Shown: in pieces, positions 16,764 to 25,964 of the stretch | Layout of the letters: the number at the start of each line of letters is the position of its first letter | Numbering within the stretch: the first letter of the stretch is position 1 | Sequence record: KY555144.1 | Length of the DNA stretch: 64,000 nt | Strand: one strand, 5' to 3' | The notes under the pieces: generated by a model | What the model saw: the letters and a program-made list of their open reading frames with translations, nothing else | Database searches by the model: none | What the model was told of the DNA's origin: nothing | Translations under genes and position numbers: made by a program

Positions 16764-18181
16764 ATCAGCGCTCCTTGGCTCGGATCGGCCGGCGCGTAGA
16801 CGGCGCGGTTGATGGTGGTCTCCGGCTCGCCCGAGCGCTTGTTGGCGCCGTGACGCTTGATCGTGGCCCGGATGGCGTAGCGCTTGCCGGCCTCGGGGCG
16901 GTTCTTGCCGGTGTGGAAGTTCACCACCGCCGAGCCGTCGTCGCAGCGGATGGCCACGATGCAGGTCGTCTCGCCGAAGTCGTTGGTGTAGAGGGAGGTC
17001 CGCACGACCTCGCCCACGAAATCCACGCGCTGACCCTCGGCGGCGTCGAGGTGCTTGGCGGCCGGGCGCTGGGGAGCGTCGGCCTTCTTGCGGGCGTCCT
17101 CCTCGCGCTCCAGGGCGCGACCGACCGACAGGCCGACAGCGGCGACGATCACACCCATGCGCTTGACCAGGACAAAGTCCTCCTGAGCGAGCACCATCTT
17201 GATGTTCTCGTGGAACGGATTGCCCGGCTTCAGCGAGCGAATGTAGGCGGTGAAGCCCTCGCGGTCGAACTCCGGCTCGAAGCCCTTGTAGGAGTCGATG
17301 ATCTCCTGATTGCGCTTGCGCTCGTAGTCCGACAGACCATAGCCCCGGTTGCCGAACATCAGCAGGCCGACATGCTTGCGCGATTCCTCCTTGCTGTAGC
17401 CGCCGAACCGGCGAGCCACGCGGTAGGAGGTGCGCAGGAGTTCGCCCAGGTCGACGTACTCCTCGCCTCTGCGCCAGCCGCCCGGATCGCCCTTGAAGTT
17501 GTTCAGGTCATCCCAGAACGACAGCATGCGGACCGGGTCGGCGCCCAGGTAGGTCTTCAGGCACGAGGCCCCGATCATCTTGATCCCGTCGGCGGTCTCG
17601 CAGACGAAGGTATGCTTGCGCCGCTGGGCGACGCCGCAGTGGGCGCACTCGCCGGCGTGTACACGCATGGCTTCCACGACGTCGTTGGCGGTCTTGTCGA
17701 CCAGCTTGAGGTAGTGGCCCGTCTTTTCGGCGGCCTCGTAGATGCCCAGCACGCGGCCCTTCTCGCCGACCATCGGCGGGACCGACAGGGTGATCTCGAC
17801 GCGGCGGATCACCATGGCGTCCTCGCTCATATAGGGCGAGGGGAAGTCGACCACCTTGCGCTCCAGGACCGTCAGGGTCTGGCCAGCGTGGGCGGCGCGC
17901 TTTTGCAGCCGTCCCAGCAGGCGCATGAAGCGCTCCTCGACGGCGAACCCCATCATGAAGGTCAGGGTGGCTTGGCCCTCGCGCACGCCTTCCTGGGCGG
18001 CCCACATGGCGGCGCGGTGAGCTTCACGCTCCTTGTCGTCCTCGAAGATCGAGGCACCCTTGGCGGTCACGACCTCGACGCCGTCGACCATCACGCTGGC
18101 CTGATCGGCGACCGTCTGCGGACGCTCGCCGTAGGTTTCCAGCATGTAGTCCTGGTAGCTGCCTTCGAATTCGCCAAACAT
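16760..18181 (-). CDS. putative Zn-binding, OB-fold nucleic-acid-binding protein
   Basis: CAHCG...IGASC Cys cluster; C-terminal QRVDF.GEV...G.T..V..D.G.AVV.F...G..Y.I.ATIK.H OB-like pattern. Confidence 0.6.
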   Translation of the reverse strand: MFGEFEGSYQDYMLETYGERPQTVADQASVMVDGVEVVTAKGASIFEDDKEREAHRAAMWAAQEGVREGQATLTFMMGFAVEERFMRLLGRLQKRAAHAGQTLTVLERKVVDFPSPYMSEDAMVIRRVEITLSVPPMVGEKGRVLGIYEAAEKTGHYLKLVDKTANDVVEAMRVHAGECAHCGVAQRRKHTFVCETADGIKMIGASCLKTYLGADPVRMLSFWDDLNNFKGDPGGWRRGEEYVDLGELLRTSYRVARRFGGYSKEESRKHVGLLMFGNRGYGLSDYERKRNQEIIDSYKGFEPEFDREGFTAYIRSLKPGNPFHENIKMVLAQEDFVLVKRMGVIVAAVGLSVGRALEREEDARKKADAPQRPAAKHLDAAEGQRVDFVGEVVRTSLYTNDFGETTCIVAIRCDDGSAVVNFHTGKNRPEAGKRYAIRATIKRHGANKRSGEPETTINRAVYAPADPSQGALI

Positions 18182-18252
18182 GATCGGCTCCTCTCGCTGT
18201 CGTGAGGGAGCTTGTACGGGCTCACGCCGATGCTGTCAACACTCTAACGCCA
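18182..18252 (-). promoter_or_regulatory. family promoter cassette with SD-occluding hairpin
   Basis: TGGCG-N5-GTG-TTGACA-17-TACAAG; GCTCCCTC-ACGACAGC-GAG-A-GGAGC. Confidence 0.85.
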
Positions 18253-18263
18253 ACAAAGAATCG

Positions 18264-18584
18264 CTAGGCCGCGTCCTCGGGCGCCGCTTCGAGCGTCAGG
18301 GTGTACATGTCGCTGACGCCGATCGCCGGCTCGATCCCGACGATCACGCAGGTCCTGATCTTGCCGCTCTGGGCCTCGTAGATCACCGTGTCGCCCAGGC
18401 GCGGACCTTGGCAGTGAACCATCACGCTGACGCGGTCGATCAGCAGGGGCTTCCTGAACCATCCGCGCTTGACCTTGCGCGGCGGCGCGATCTTGAATGT
18501 GCTGGCGTGGAGCGCGTGTCCCCAGCCCTGCTTGGTGGGCCGGAAGTCGAAGGTGCGCGGGGCTTTATCGAGGCGCAGGAGCAT
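18264..18584 (-). CDS. hypothetical protein
   Basis: Co-directional 106-aa ORF. Confidence 0.75.
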   Translation of the reverse strand: MLLRLDKAPRTFDFRPTKQGWGHALHASTFKIAPPRKVKRGWFRKPLLIDRVSVMVHCQGPRLGDTVIYEAQSGKIRTCVIVGIEPAIGVSDMYTLTLEAAPEDAA

Positions 18585-18792
18585 GGCGGTCCTTTTCCAG
18601 AGTGCGGCGCTCCAGGCGCCGGTGGCCGATGAAGGTGATCATGTCCTTGGCCTGGACGCGCGTGGGCATATAGCCTCCAAACCGGCGATGGAGCGGGATG
18701 CGCCGGTACTTGGCGTCGAACTTCCAGCGCCAGCGCCACGCATCGGGGTTCTGCCGCGAGAGGAGGGCGAAGACGAAGGAGGGTGGGATCAT
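18565..18792 (-). CDS. hypothetical basic protein
   Basis: Coupled 75-aa ORF. Confidence 0.65.
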   Translation of the reverse strand: MIPPSFVFALLSRQNPDAWRWRWKFDAKYRRIPLHRRFGGYMPTRVQAKDMITFIGHRRLERRTLEKDRHAPAPR

Positions 18793-19034
18793 GGGTTGTC
18801 TCCCGAGAGGACCGAGAAGGTCGCCACCGGCGTCTTGCCGTCCAGCGGATGACCCAGGACCAGTTCGGGGTCCTCGTCGCCCTCGCGGTCCTTCCAGACC
18901 ACCTTGCCATGATAGGTCATGACGCCGGCCGGGAGGTTCTGGCTGACCAGCCGCAGGGTCTCGGCATAGACATGGGTCCAGTCGAACGGGTTCACCTGGG
19001 CCGGATTGTTGGTCACGCTGACGATCAAGGGCAT
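18789..19034 (-). CDS. hypothetical protein
   Basis: MPLIVSVTNN...; SD GGAG; ATG overlaps the upstream stop. Confidence 0.75.
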   Translation of the reverse strand: MPLIVSVTNNPAQVNPFDWTHVYAETLRLVSQNLPAGVMTYHGKVVWKDREGDEDPELVLGHPLDGKTPVATFSVLSGDNP

Positions 19035-19555
19035 CAGGAGGTCGAGCCTTTCAGATGGGTGTGGCCGCGATGGAACATAGTGGCGGCCTGCTTTTCGGTC
19101 CGGCACGGCCCAAACCACAGGCTGTCGCCCTGACGGCGGGCGGCGATCCCGTATTCCCGCCGGGGTTCTTCGAGATAGGGAAGCGTCGTCAGGGCGCTCA
19201 GGACCTCGTAGGGCGTCTCGTCCGGCTCGATCTGGTCGTCGGCCACGGCGATGTAGAAATAGAGGTCGCGATCGGCCAGACCCAGCGGCGACTTGGCCCG
19301 GAACGAGCGGTAGCTCGACCAGAACCAGCCTCGCCGCATCTCCAGGCCCCGGCGGACGCCGAGCAAGCCCTCCTGGGTCTCGCCCTCGGGCCAGCACCCG
19401 AGGATCGAGGCGCTATAGGTTGCGCCCTCGGGCTCGCCGAGGTCGGCGCGGACAGCCGTCATGGCGATCGCCTTGGCCTCTTCCTCGTCGGCCGCCGCGA
19501 TCTCGATCTCGGTGACCAGGGACTGGGAGACCTTGACCAGGAACCGCTCAGTCAC
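19034..19555 (-). CDS. hypothetical protein, N-terminal DpnD/PcfM-like pattern
   Basis: FLVKV...EIEIAAADEEEAKAIA. Confidence 0.75.
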   Translation of the reverse strand: MTERFLVKVSQSLVTEIEIAAADEEEAKAIAMTAVRADLGEPEGATYSASILGCWPEGETQEGLLGVRRGLEMRRGWFWSSYRSFRAKSPLGLADRDLYFYIAVADDQIEPDETPYEVLSALTTLPYLEEPRREYGIAARRQGDSLWFGPCRTEKQAATMFHRGHTHLKGSTS

Positions 19556-20240
19556 GGAGACCTGCGAGTTGGAACGCCGTGGCGCCGACGGCCGCCGACA
19601 GTTCTTGCTTCAGGTGCTCGACGTCCTCCTTCAACTCCTTGAAGTAGGGCGTGTCGGCGAGCAGGTCCTGCATCTTCCAGGCGATCGTATAGGCCCGATG
19701 GACATAGCTCGTCGGGTCGTCCTCGACGACCTTGACGACGTCGGTCGTCTTCAGTTCGATCAGGCCCTCGGGACCTTGGATGAACACCACGTCATGCGGT
19801 TCGATGATCCGCACGCCACCCGAGGCGAGATTCTTCAGCACCCGCTCGCGGTGTTCGCAGTGGTCGACTAGGGCGATTTCGCCCCGGCCGGCGTGCGGCG
19901 GGTTGTGGGTCACCAGGACGACCCGATCGCCGGGCTGGAATTCCCAGCGGACCTCGGGATCGTCGAAATGCTCGTCGACCATCTGGCGAATCGTCGCCAG
20001 GGAAGTGTGGCCGTAGCAGTCGCCGTGGAGGACGTAGTGGATGATCTTCCACTCCTTCTCGGTCGGCATCGGGACTTCCTTCCCGTCGCCGTCGCGGCCG
20101 TGATAGTAGGCCGCCGTGCCCAGGCGATGGATGAGTTCGAAGGGCTCGCCCTCGTCGGTGACCTCCGGATGCTCGTCGAGCAGCGCGATCATCTTGGCGA
20201 GGCTGTAGGTGAGCGGTCGGGTGGCGGGGCGCTGGGTCAC
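19548..20240 (-). CDS. hypothetical protein
   Basis: Coupled 230-aa ORF. Confidence 0.82.
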   Translation of the reverse strand: MTQRPATRPLTYSLAKMIALLDEHPEVTDEGEPFELIHRLGTAAYYHGRDGDGKEVPMPTEKEWKIIHYVLHGDCYGHTSLATIRQMVDEHFDDPEVRWEFQPGDRVVLVTHNPPHAGRGEIALVDHCEHRERVLKNLASGGVRIIEPHDVVFIQGPEGLIELKTTDVVKVVEDDPTSYVHRAYTIAWKMQDLLADTPYFKELKEDVEHLKQELSAAVGATAFQLAGLRD

Positions 20241-21121
20241 AGGTGCTTCTCCAGGCCCAGATCATTGATCACCGCCTGGGCGATCGCTTCCAGATCGAAA
20301 TGGCCGTCGATGATCGTGTCCTGCGCATCGTCGGCGTCGACATAGTTGGACCGCGTCGGCGCCGGGGCTTCCAGGATCGCACGCTTCAGGGCGTCGGCCA
20401 GGATGACCGCCGGGGTCCGCTTGACCTTGGCCTTCTTGACCTTCCAGTTGAGGTCCTGGAGGCGCACGACGCGGCGGTCGCCATCGACGATCTCCTTGAA
20501 GGCGCCGGCCTTGATCAGCCGCTCGACCGTGTCGTCGCTGAAATGCGGGTTGGCCTCGTCGACCGGGAAGGTCGTCCAGCAGTCCTGGCCCAGTTGGGTC
20601 AGGGTGCGCGAGGCGTTGTTCGCCGCGACGATGGCGTGGTACTCGTCGGCGAGCATGAACTGCTCGTAGCCAGGGCCGCAGAGCGTGCCCCGATCGTTCA
20701 GGACCTCGACATAGCAGTTCTCGCCGTTCCAAGAATCGGAGAGGTAGCACTTGACCAGGGTGTAGGTCTTGCCGACGGTGTAGTTCTCGTCACCGCCGAC
20801 ATAGACCGCCTGGGCGTTCTGCGGGAATGGCCAGCGATACTGTTCGTGGTCGGGATCGAACGCCTCCAGGACCTTCAGGATCGAGTCCAGGCTCACCTCG
20901 TCGGGGGTGAAGCGCTTGTACTTGCCGTCGGCGTCGCGGCCGTGGAAGAGGTCCTGGCACTCGCGCACGATGTCGTACTCGAACGGCCAGATCGCGCCGC
21001 CGCGATAGTCCGAGAGGACCTTATCGAACTCGGCGACCGAGGCGCCCGACGCGGCCATGCCAAGCAGCGTCTGGAGGATTTCGGCCGGAGGGCGGGCGTA
21101 GGCGTGGGGCTGGCGGATCAT
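20237..21121 (-). CDS. hypothetical multidomain protein
   Basis: Coupled 294-aa ORF. Confidence 0.85.
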   Translation of the reverse strand: MIRQPHAYARPPAEILQTLLGMAASGASVAEFDKVLSDYRGGAIWPFEYDIVRECQDLFHGRDADGKYKRFTPDEVSLDSILKVLEAFDPDHEQYRWPFPQNAQAVYVGGDENYTVGKTYTLVKCYLSDSWNGENCYVEVLNDRGTLCGPGYEQFMLADEYHAIVAANNASRTLTQLGQDCWTTFPVDEANPHFSDDTVERLIKAGAFKEIVDGDRRVVRLQDLNWKVKKAKVKRTPAVILADALKRAILEAPAPTRSNYVDADDAQDTIIDGHFDLEAIAQAVINDLGLEKHL

Positions 21122-21480
21122 TGGTCCGACACCTTCGCCAGTTGCTTTTCCAGTTCGGCGCGCAGTTCAGCGTCGCTCAGGCCCAGGCGCGCCTTCATGA
21201 AGGCTACCGCCTCGGCGGCGGTCTCGAAGGAGCGGGTCTCGGCATCGGTGCTGTCGCGCAGGCCGAGGATTTCGATCACGCCCCAGAAAGTCGCCCAGGC
21301 GGAGGCGATCAAGGCCGCCACCGTGATGGCGAAGCCGAAGTTGAACTGGCGCGCGGCGCTCAGTTCCACCGCCTCGGCCGCCGTCCAGGCTACCGCGACC
21401 ATGCTCACCGAGGCGAGATGGAGCAGGGCGGCTCTGCGGGTGTGGGTCGGGCGGACTTCCAGGGTCATCTTGTCTTGCAC
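21118..21480 (-). CDS. membrane protein
   Basis: GTG after cassette SD GAGGAG; two hydrophobic segments. Confidence 0.75.
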   Translation of the reverse strand: MQDKMTLEVRPTHTRRAALLHLASVSMVAVAWTAAEAVELSAARQFNFGFAITVAALIASAWATFWGVIEILGLRDSTDAETRSFETAAEAVAFMKARLGLSDAELRAELEKQLAKVSDQ

Positions 21481-21553
21481 GAGGGTCTCCTCTGCGGTTG
21501 TCGTCACCCGCCTCTTAGGACAAGGCCGAAGCCTTGTCAACACATTCAAGCCA
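21481..21553 (-). promoter_or_regulatory. family promoter cassette
   Basis: TGGCT-N5-GTG-TTGACA-17-TAAGAG-6-GACGACAAC; spacer forms a GACAAGGC-TTCG-GCCTTGTC hairpin. Confidence 0.88.
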
Positions 21554-22685
21554 GCGTGACGCCGAGCGTCGCGGCCATCTTCTGGAGCGCCGCGCGCTGG
21601 GTCTTGATCTGCTCGTCGAACTTGTCGAAGGCGGTCAGGACGTCGGTCTCCAGCTTGCCGAGCGCTTCCCACTGCTTCTTGAGTTCGGCGCCGGCCAGTT
21701 CCGCCGCCTCGTTGCGTTCCGGACCGTAGACGCGCTCGCGCATCTCGGCGACCCAGGCCCAGGGAAGGCCCAGGTCCTCGGCGACCTTCTTGTCGGTCCA
21801 GGTCCCGGTATAGCGCTGCTGGATCGTGTTGTAGTGGACGTCGAGGGCCTCGATGATCCGGCGGTTCTCGGCCGGTGTCGCCGTGCGCGGCGGCGTGGCG
21901 GAGGTCGACGGGGTGGCGATGGCGATGGCGGCTGCGGACACGGGAGCGATCTCCGGAATAGGGGAAGGAACAGGCGCGTCGGGGGCAAGCTTGCCCTGAC
22001 GGATCAGGCGGGTGCGGGCGGCGTTCTTCTGCCGCTGGGAGCGTTCCTCGGGGGTCATCGTCTCCCAGTAACGGCGGGAGGCCTCGCCTTGCTTGGCGGC
22101 GGTCTCGGCCTTCTTGGCGGCGGCGCGGGCGCGGCGGGTCTCATGACCCTTGGCGGTGGCGGCCGAGCGCTGCTCGGGCGTCATGGAGGCCTGGACGCGC
22201 CTCAGGCGATCGCCATCCCCGCGCCCCGGCTTGGTCTTGAGACCGCTCTTGACCATCGCCGCTTCCACAAGGGCGGCGCCGACGGCGGTTGGGGCGTTGG
22301 CGGGGCTGGGCTTGGCTTCCACGATGGCTTCCTCTGGAATGATTTCGAACTTCGCCAGGGCGTTCGAGACGGTGTAAACGGCCGCGTCGAGTAGGAGACC
22401 GTGCTGGTTCTCGGGCGGCTGGGATGCGGCCTTGGCCAGCCCATGGCAGGCAGGGCAAACGTCCTTGGCGCGCGAGCCTCCGACCGACCAGCCCCGTTTG
22501 CGGAACATCTTGGCGGCGAATTCCGACGGGATGTGGGGTGAGCGGGTGGTGATGGGGATGGCGTCCTCGGCCGGGCATTTGCGGCAGGTGATGACGACAT
22601 GGTTTTGGCGCTTGGACGGATCACCCTTCAGGGATCGCATCTCGACCCGGAACGAGTCGCGTGTCGCGAGTTTGGTGGTGCTCAT
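21546..22685 (-). CDS. Zn-finger, basic low-complexity DNA-binding-like protein
   Basis: CRKC...CPAC, Ala/Lys/Arg-rich centre, C-terminal HTH-like DKKVAEDLGLPWAWVAEMRE and coiled coil. Confidence 0.8.
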   Translation of the reverse strand: MSTTKLATRDSFRVEMRSLKGDPSKRQNHVVITCRKCPAEDAIPITTRSPHIPSEFAAKMFRKRGWSVGGSRAKDVCPACHGLAKAASQPPENQHGLLLDAAVYTVSNALAKFEIIPEEAIVEAKPSPANAPTAVGAALVEAAMVKSGLKTKPGRGDGDRLRRVQASMTPEQRSAATAKGHETRRARAAAKKAETAAKQGEASRRYWETMTPEERSQRQKNAARTRLIRQGKLAPDAPVPSPIPEIAPVSAAAIAIATPSTSATPPRTATPAENRRIIEALDVHYNTIQQRYTGTWTDKKVAEDLGLPWAWVAEMRERVYGPERNEAAELAGAELKKQWEALGKLETDVLTAFDKFDEQIKTQRAALQKMAATLGVTLA

Positions 22686-22694
22686 GCTATGCGC

Positions 22695-22934
22695 TCACCG
22701 GCATGACAGGCAGACCTCGTCTTGCAGTTCAGAAGGGTCGCACCAGTGGTCGCAGACCTCGCACTTCCAGACCTTGCGGTCGAGGAAGGTGAAGAACGCA
22801 TCCGGCGCGTCGAAATAGCCGAACGGGAAGCCCGCGTTGTCCACGGCGTCCTGGACGTCAATCGTGGTGCCGAGCATCTTGGGGGCCAGACGCAGCGCCA
22901 TGGCCATCAGTTCGGGGCCGCCGGGCTCAGCCAT
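22695..22934 (-). CDS. small Zn-finger protein
   Basis: WKCEVCDHW...VCLSC. Confidence 0.75.
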   Translation of the reverse strand: MAEPGGPELMAMALRLAPKMLGTTIDVQDAVDNAGFPFGYFDAPDAFFTFLDRKVWKCEVCDHWCDPSELQDEVCLSCR

Positions 22935-23265
22935 GGGCCTTCGCCTTTCTCGGGCGGTTCTCGTCCCACCAGACATGCCACTCGGCCTTGGTCATCCAAC
23001 GCTGCCGACGCTGGGCGTTATAGACCTCCAGGCCCTTCTCGGAGACTCGGTACTCCTTGGAGCCCCGCGACATCGCCGCCGAGCGCTGCATGGCCTCGGC
23101 AAGCCCGCGCTTGACCAGTTTGGCTAGGGTGGCGGAATGATGCGAACCGTTGGAGCCGCCGACGTCCATGGGGCGCAGCCAGCGGATCGGTTCATCCCTG
23201 AAGCAAGGAATGAGGCAGCCCAGAACCTCCCAATCCCGATCGGTGAGTGGCTTTTCACGGCTCAT
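22927..23265 (-). CDS. winged-helix-like protein
   Basis: LTDRDWEVL...ATLAKLVKRGLAE...YRVSEKG. Confidence 0.72.
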   Translation of the reverse strand: MSREKPLTDRDWEVLGCLIPCFRDEPIRWLRPMDVGGSNGSHHSATLAKLVKRGLAEAMQRSAAMSRGSKEYRVSEKGLEVYNAQRRQRWMTKAEWHVWWDENRPRKAKAHG

Positions 23266-23435
23266 CGCAGTAGTTCTCCGTCGGCGATCCGGATGTCGCT
23301 CAGGGGATAGTCCTGGAAGAAGGCGCGCAGCCGCTGGCGCAGCATCCCCTCGACAGCCTCGGCGTTGTTCAGGGCCTCGGCGAGGTCTTCGAACATCTGG
23401 CGCTCATGGGCGCGTAATGGGCGGGTCTTCGGCAT
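23262..23435 (-). CDS. hypothetical protein (57 aa, not in ORF track)
   Basis: MPKTRPLRAHERQMFEDLAEAL...; follows cassette SD GGAGG; stop overlaps the next ATG. Confidence 0.8.
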   Translation of the reverse strand: MPKTRPLRAHERQMFEDLAEALNNAEAVEGMLRQRLRAFFQDYPLSDIRIADGELLR

Positions 23436-23503
23436 GGGACCTCCTGGTTGTCGTCGTGCGGCTTTTAGCCCCGATAGGTCAGGCTGTCAACACAGTGCAG
23501 CCA
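23436..23503 (-). promoter_or_regulatory. family promoter cassette
   Basis: TGGCT-N5-GTG-TTGACA-17-TAAAAG-6-GACGACAAC-CAGGAGG. Confidence 0.88.
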
Positions 23504-23723
23504 GCCGGGCGATATAGTCCCGCATCCGCTCGCTCGACGCATAGCGCCACGTCCAGGGGACCTGTTCGGGGCGCGCGCCGTTGAACTGGCAAAGCCATAG
23601 GAAGGCCTCCTCCGAGTGAGGCCAGTTCTCGGCGTCGGCCGAGAAACCGGTCATGCGGAAGCACGCCGCGACCTCGGCCGGCGTCAGGTTCGGGTCGCGC
23701 ACGGCCTTGAGCTTGACCTTCAC
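23487..23723 (-). CDS. hypothetical protein (start may be CTG 23816)
   Basis: Frame is open upstream to 23816; stop is the TGA of the next -35 box. Confidence 0.7.
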   Translation of the reverse strand: MKVKLKAVRDPNLTPAEVAACFRMTGFSADAENWPHSEEAFLWLCQFNGARPEQVPWTWRYASSERMRDYIARLAALC

Positions 23724-23799
23724 CTCCTCGGACGGCGCGGGTGGCGGGGGCTCGACCTCGTAGCCAGCCTTGCGCAGGAGCTTGATCGCGGCGGCGATC

Positions 23800-24048
23800 T
23801 CAGGACTCGGTTTCAGGTTTCCACTCCCCGCACCAGGAATTCATGTGGACCAGCGGGAATTCCGCCCAGCCGATCTGGTCGGGCGGGTTGTCCCCGTGGA
23901 AGCTGCCGCCCGTTCGCGCGGGGTGGTAGCGCGACGGGCCGACCTTGATCGAGGGCGGGAAGCGCCGGCAGTCGCCGTGCATCTGGACCGCGCCCGTCTC
24001 AAGGAAGAACCGGCAGGTCTTGCAGGATTGGCCTTCGGGCTGTCTCAT
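23800..24048 (-). CDS. small Cys-rich phage protein
   Basis: CKTCRFF...CRRFPP...WCGEW. Confidence 0.8.
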   Translation of the reverse strand: MRQPEGQSCKTCRFFLETGAVQMHGDCRRFPPSIKVGPSRYHPARTGGSFHGDNPPDQIGWAEFPLVHMNSWCGEWKPETES

Positions 24049-24311
24049 GCGGGAACCCTGCCCGCGCTGACGGCCGCGCGCCACGCGGCGACGTCGCCCA
24101 AGAGCGCGCCGCCCAGGAAGCGGTCCTCATGGATCGGCACGTCGCCGTCGGCCAGCGCCAGCAGATCGAGTTGGGCGTCGATCCACTGCTGCTCGCTCAT
24201 ATAGGGCTGGTGGCGCGCCGTGGCGCGGATGCCGTATTGTAGGCGCTTGTCGTAGAGGGTGAGGCGCAGGCCGGCATGGTCGCGCTCGATCCAGATGTCA
24301 GGCCGCTGCAT
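24045..24311 (-). CDS. hypothetical protein
   Basis: Coupled 88-aa ORF. Confidence 0.7.
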   Translation of the reverse strand: MQRPDIWIERDHAGLRLTLYDKRLQYGIRATARHQPYMSEQQWIDAQLDLLALADGDVPIHEDRFLGGALLGDVAAWRAAVSAGRVPA

Positions 24312-25329
24312 CGGCGACCTCCTCGGCCTCTTCCTCGCTCGGGGCGATCGTCGAGCCCGAATATTCCTGGAGGTGGTCGACTGCCTTCTGGGCCAGTGAC
24401 GCGGCGGTGAAGATGAAGCGCTTGTCGCCCTTCAGGACCTTCAGCCAGGAGGCGACATAGGAGGCGTGATCCTCACGGACTTCCGGGGTCAGCCCGAGAA
24501 TGGCGCAGAGGAAGGCCGAACCCAGTTCGGCGACCAGTTCCTCGGCGGCGTAGGCCTCGTCACCGAAGCGCTTGCCGAACTCGCGGTTCAGGCGGTCCTC
24601 GCGACCGGTCCAGTGGACGAACTCGTGGCCGAGGGTGGCGTAGTAGCTCTCCTCGTCGCGGAAGGCGTCGAACTGGGGCATCTGGATGAAGTCCAGGTGC
24701 GGCGAGAAGAAAGCGCGGTGACCGCCGTGACGCACCTCGGCGCCCGTGGCGGCGAAGAACTTCTCGACCGCCGCGTTGCGCTCCAGGACCCGCTTGGCTT
24801 CCTCGGCGGGCGTCGCCGGCGCCGGGGCGGGCTTCTGGTAGAAGCGCTCGGGCAGGCCGTCGATCTGCTCGACGTTGAACACCAGATAGGACTTCAGGAA
24901 CGGGATCATCCGCTCGACGTCCTTGCCGTTGGAGTCCTTCTCGGTCTTCTTGAACTTCGAGGCGTAGACGATCAGTTCGGACTTCTCGCCCTTGCGGACC
25001 TGACCACCCAGGTCCCTAGCTTGGTTGTAGGTCATCCAGGTCGGGTTGGAGTAGCCACGCTCCTGGGCGGCGGCCCACAGGAGGACCACGTTGATCCCGG
25101 TGTAGCGCTGGCCGGTCACCCGGCGGGGATAGATCGCCATGCCGGCCGACGCGCCGCCGGGAGCCGACCACGGCTTCAACCAGGGACGCACGCCAGCGTC
25201 GAGGGCGGCGATGATCTTGTCGGTGATCTTCTGATAGAGGTCGACCTTGACGGTTTCGGTCGAGGCCTTGCCGGTCTCCTTGGTGGAGCGCTTGGCGGGC
25301 TTCTTCTTGGCGGCGGTGGTCTTGGTCAT
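24298..25329 (-). CDS. ardC: ArdC-like ssDNA-binding antirestriction protein
   Basis: YQKITDKII..L..G..PW.KPW, Y.GIN..LLW, WMTYNQA..LGGQVRKGEK, VFNVEQIDG, YYATL.HE..HWTG...RL.R, YA.EELVAELGSAFL, ASYVASWL..LK.D. Confidence 0.92.
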   Translation of the reverse strand: MTKTTAAKKKPAKRSTKETGKASTETVKVDLYQKITDKIIAALDAGVRPWLKPWSAPGGASAGMAIYPRRVTGQRYTGINVVLLWAAAQERGYSNPTWMTYNQARDLGGQVRKGEKSELIVYASKFKKTEKDSNGKDVERMIPFLKSYLVFNVEQIDGLPERFYQKPAPAPATPAEEAKRVLERNAAVEKFFAATGAEVRHGGHRAFFSPHLDFIQMPQFDAFRDEESYYATLGHEFVHWTGREDRLNREFGKRFGDEAYAAEELVAELGSAFLCAILGLTPEVREDHASYVASWLKVLKGDKRFIFTAASLAQKAVDHLQEYSGSTIAPSEEEAEEVADAAA

Positions 25330-25388
25330 CAGGGCCTCCTCGTTGTCGTCGGAGGCCCTTCTATGCTGGCGTGAGAGTGTTGTCAACA
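25330..25388 (-). promoter_or_regulatory. family promoter cassette (near-identical subfamily)
   Basis: TTGACAACACTCTCACGCCAGCATAGAAGGGCCTCC-GACGACAACGA-GGAGGCCC-TGATG. Confidence 0.9.
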
Positions 25389-25392
25389 GGCG

Positions 25393-25647
25393 TCAGACGC
25401 CTGCGGCGCAGACCATGATCACCAGAATCACAAGACCCACCGTCAGAGCCGCCACGATCGGGGCGACGATCAGTGACATGAGGAAGGTCAGGGTCGGATG
25501 TTCGAACAGGAAGTAGTCGAGGTACGGCGGCGGATGGGGCCGATCGTAGAGATAGCCCGCGAGGAAGCCCAGGATCACGACCCCCACGACGTAGGCGGCG
25601 GCGTACCAGCCGGCTCCCACGAGGCAGCTTTTGACGTTGTCGTTCAT
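25393..25647 (-). CDS. membrane protein
   Basis: Two hydrophobic segments. Confidence 0.75.
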   Translation of the reverse strand: MNDNVKSCLVGAGWYAAAYVVGVVILGFLAGYLYDRPHPPPYLDYFLFEHPTLTFLMSLIVAPIVAALTVGLVILVIMVCAAGV

Positions 25648-25964
25648 CGGCGGTCGTTCTCCAGGTCCCAGATGCGGTTGCGAAGGTGACGAATGGTCTC
25701 TTCCAGGTCGCGGACCTTGCGATAATGCTGGTCCTCGGTTTCCTGGGTGTTGCGCCTGTAGCGGCGCTCGCGCTCGTCCATTTCCGTCCGAAGCGGATTG
25801 GGGATCACGTCATGACCGTGGGCCATGCCGTAGTTCTCGAACGAGCCCTCGATCCCTTCGGCGATGCTTTGACGCTTTTCCAGCGGGATGCCGTTCCAGA
25901 GGTCAAAGAGGCCTTCGCCGTCGAACGCGGCGTCCAGGCTTTCGAGCCAGTAATCAGTCGCCAT
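25644..25964 (-). CDS. hypothetical protein with coiled-coil C-terminus
   Basis: Coupled 106-aa ORF. Confidence 0.78.
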   Translation of the reverse strand: MATDYWLESLDAAFDGEGLFDLWNGIPLEKRQSIAEGIEGSFENYGMAHGHDVIPNPLRTEMDERERRYRRNTQETEDQHYRKVRDLEETIRHLRNRIWDLENDRR

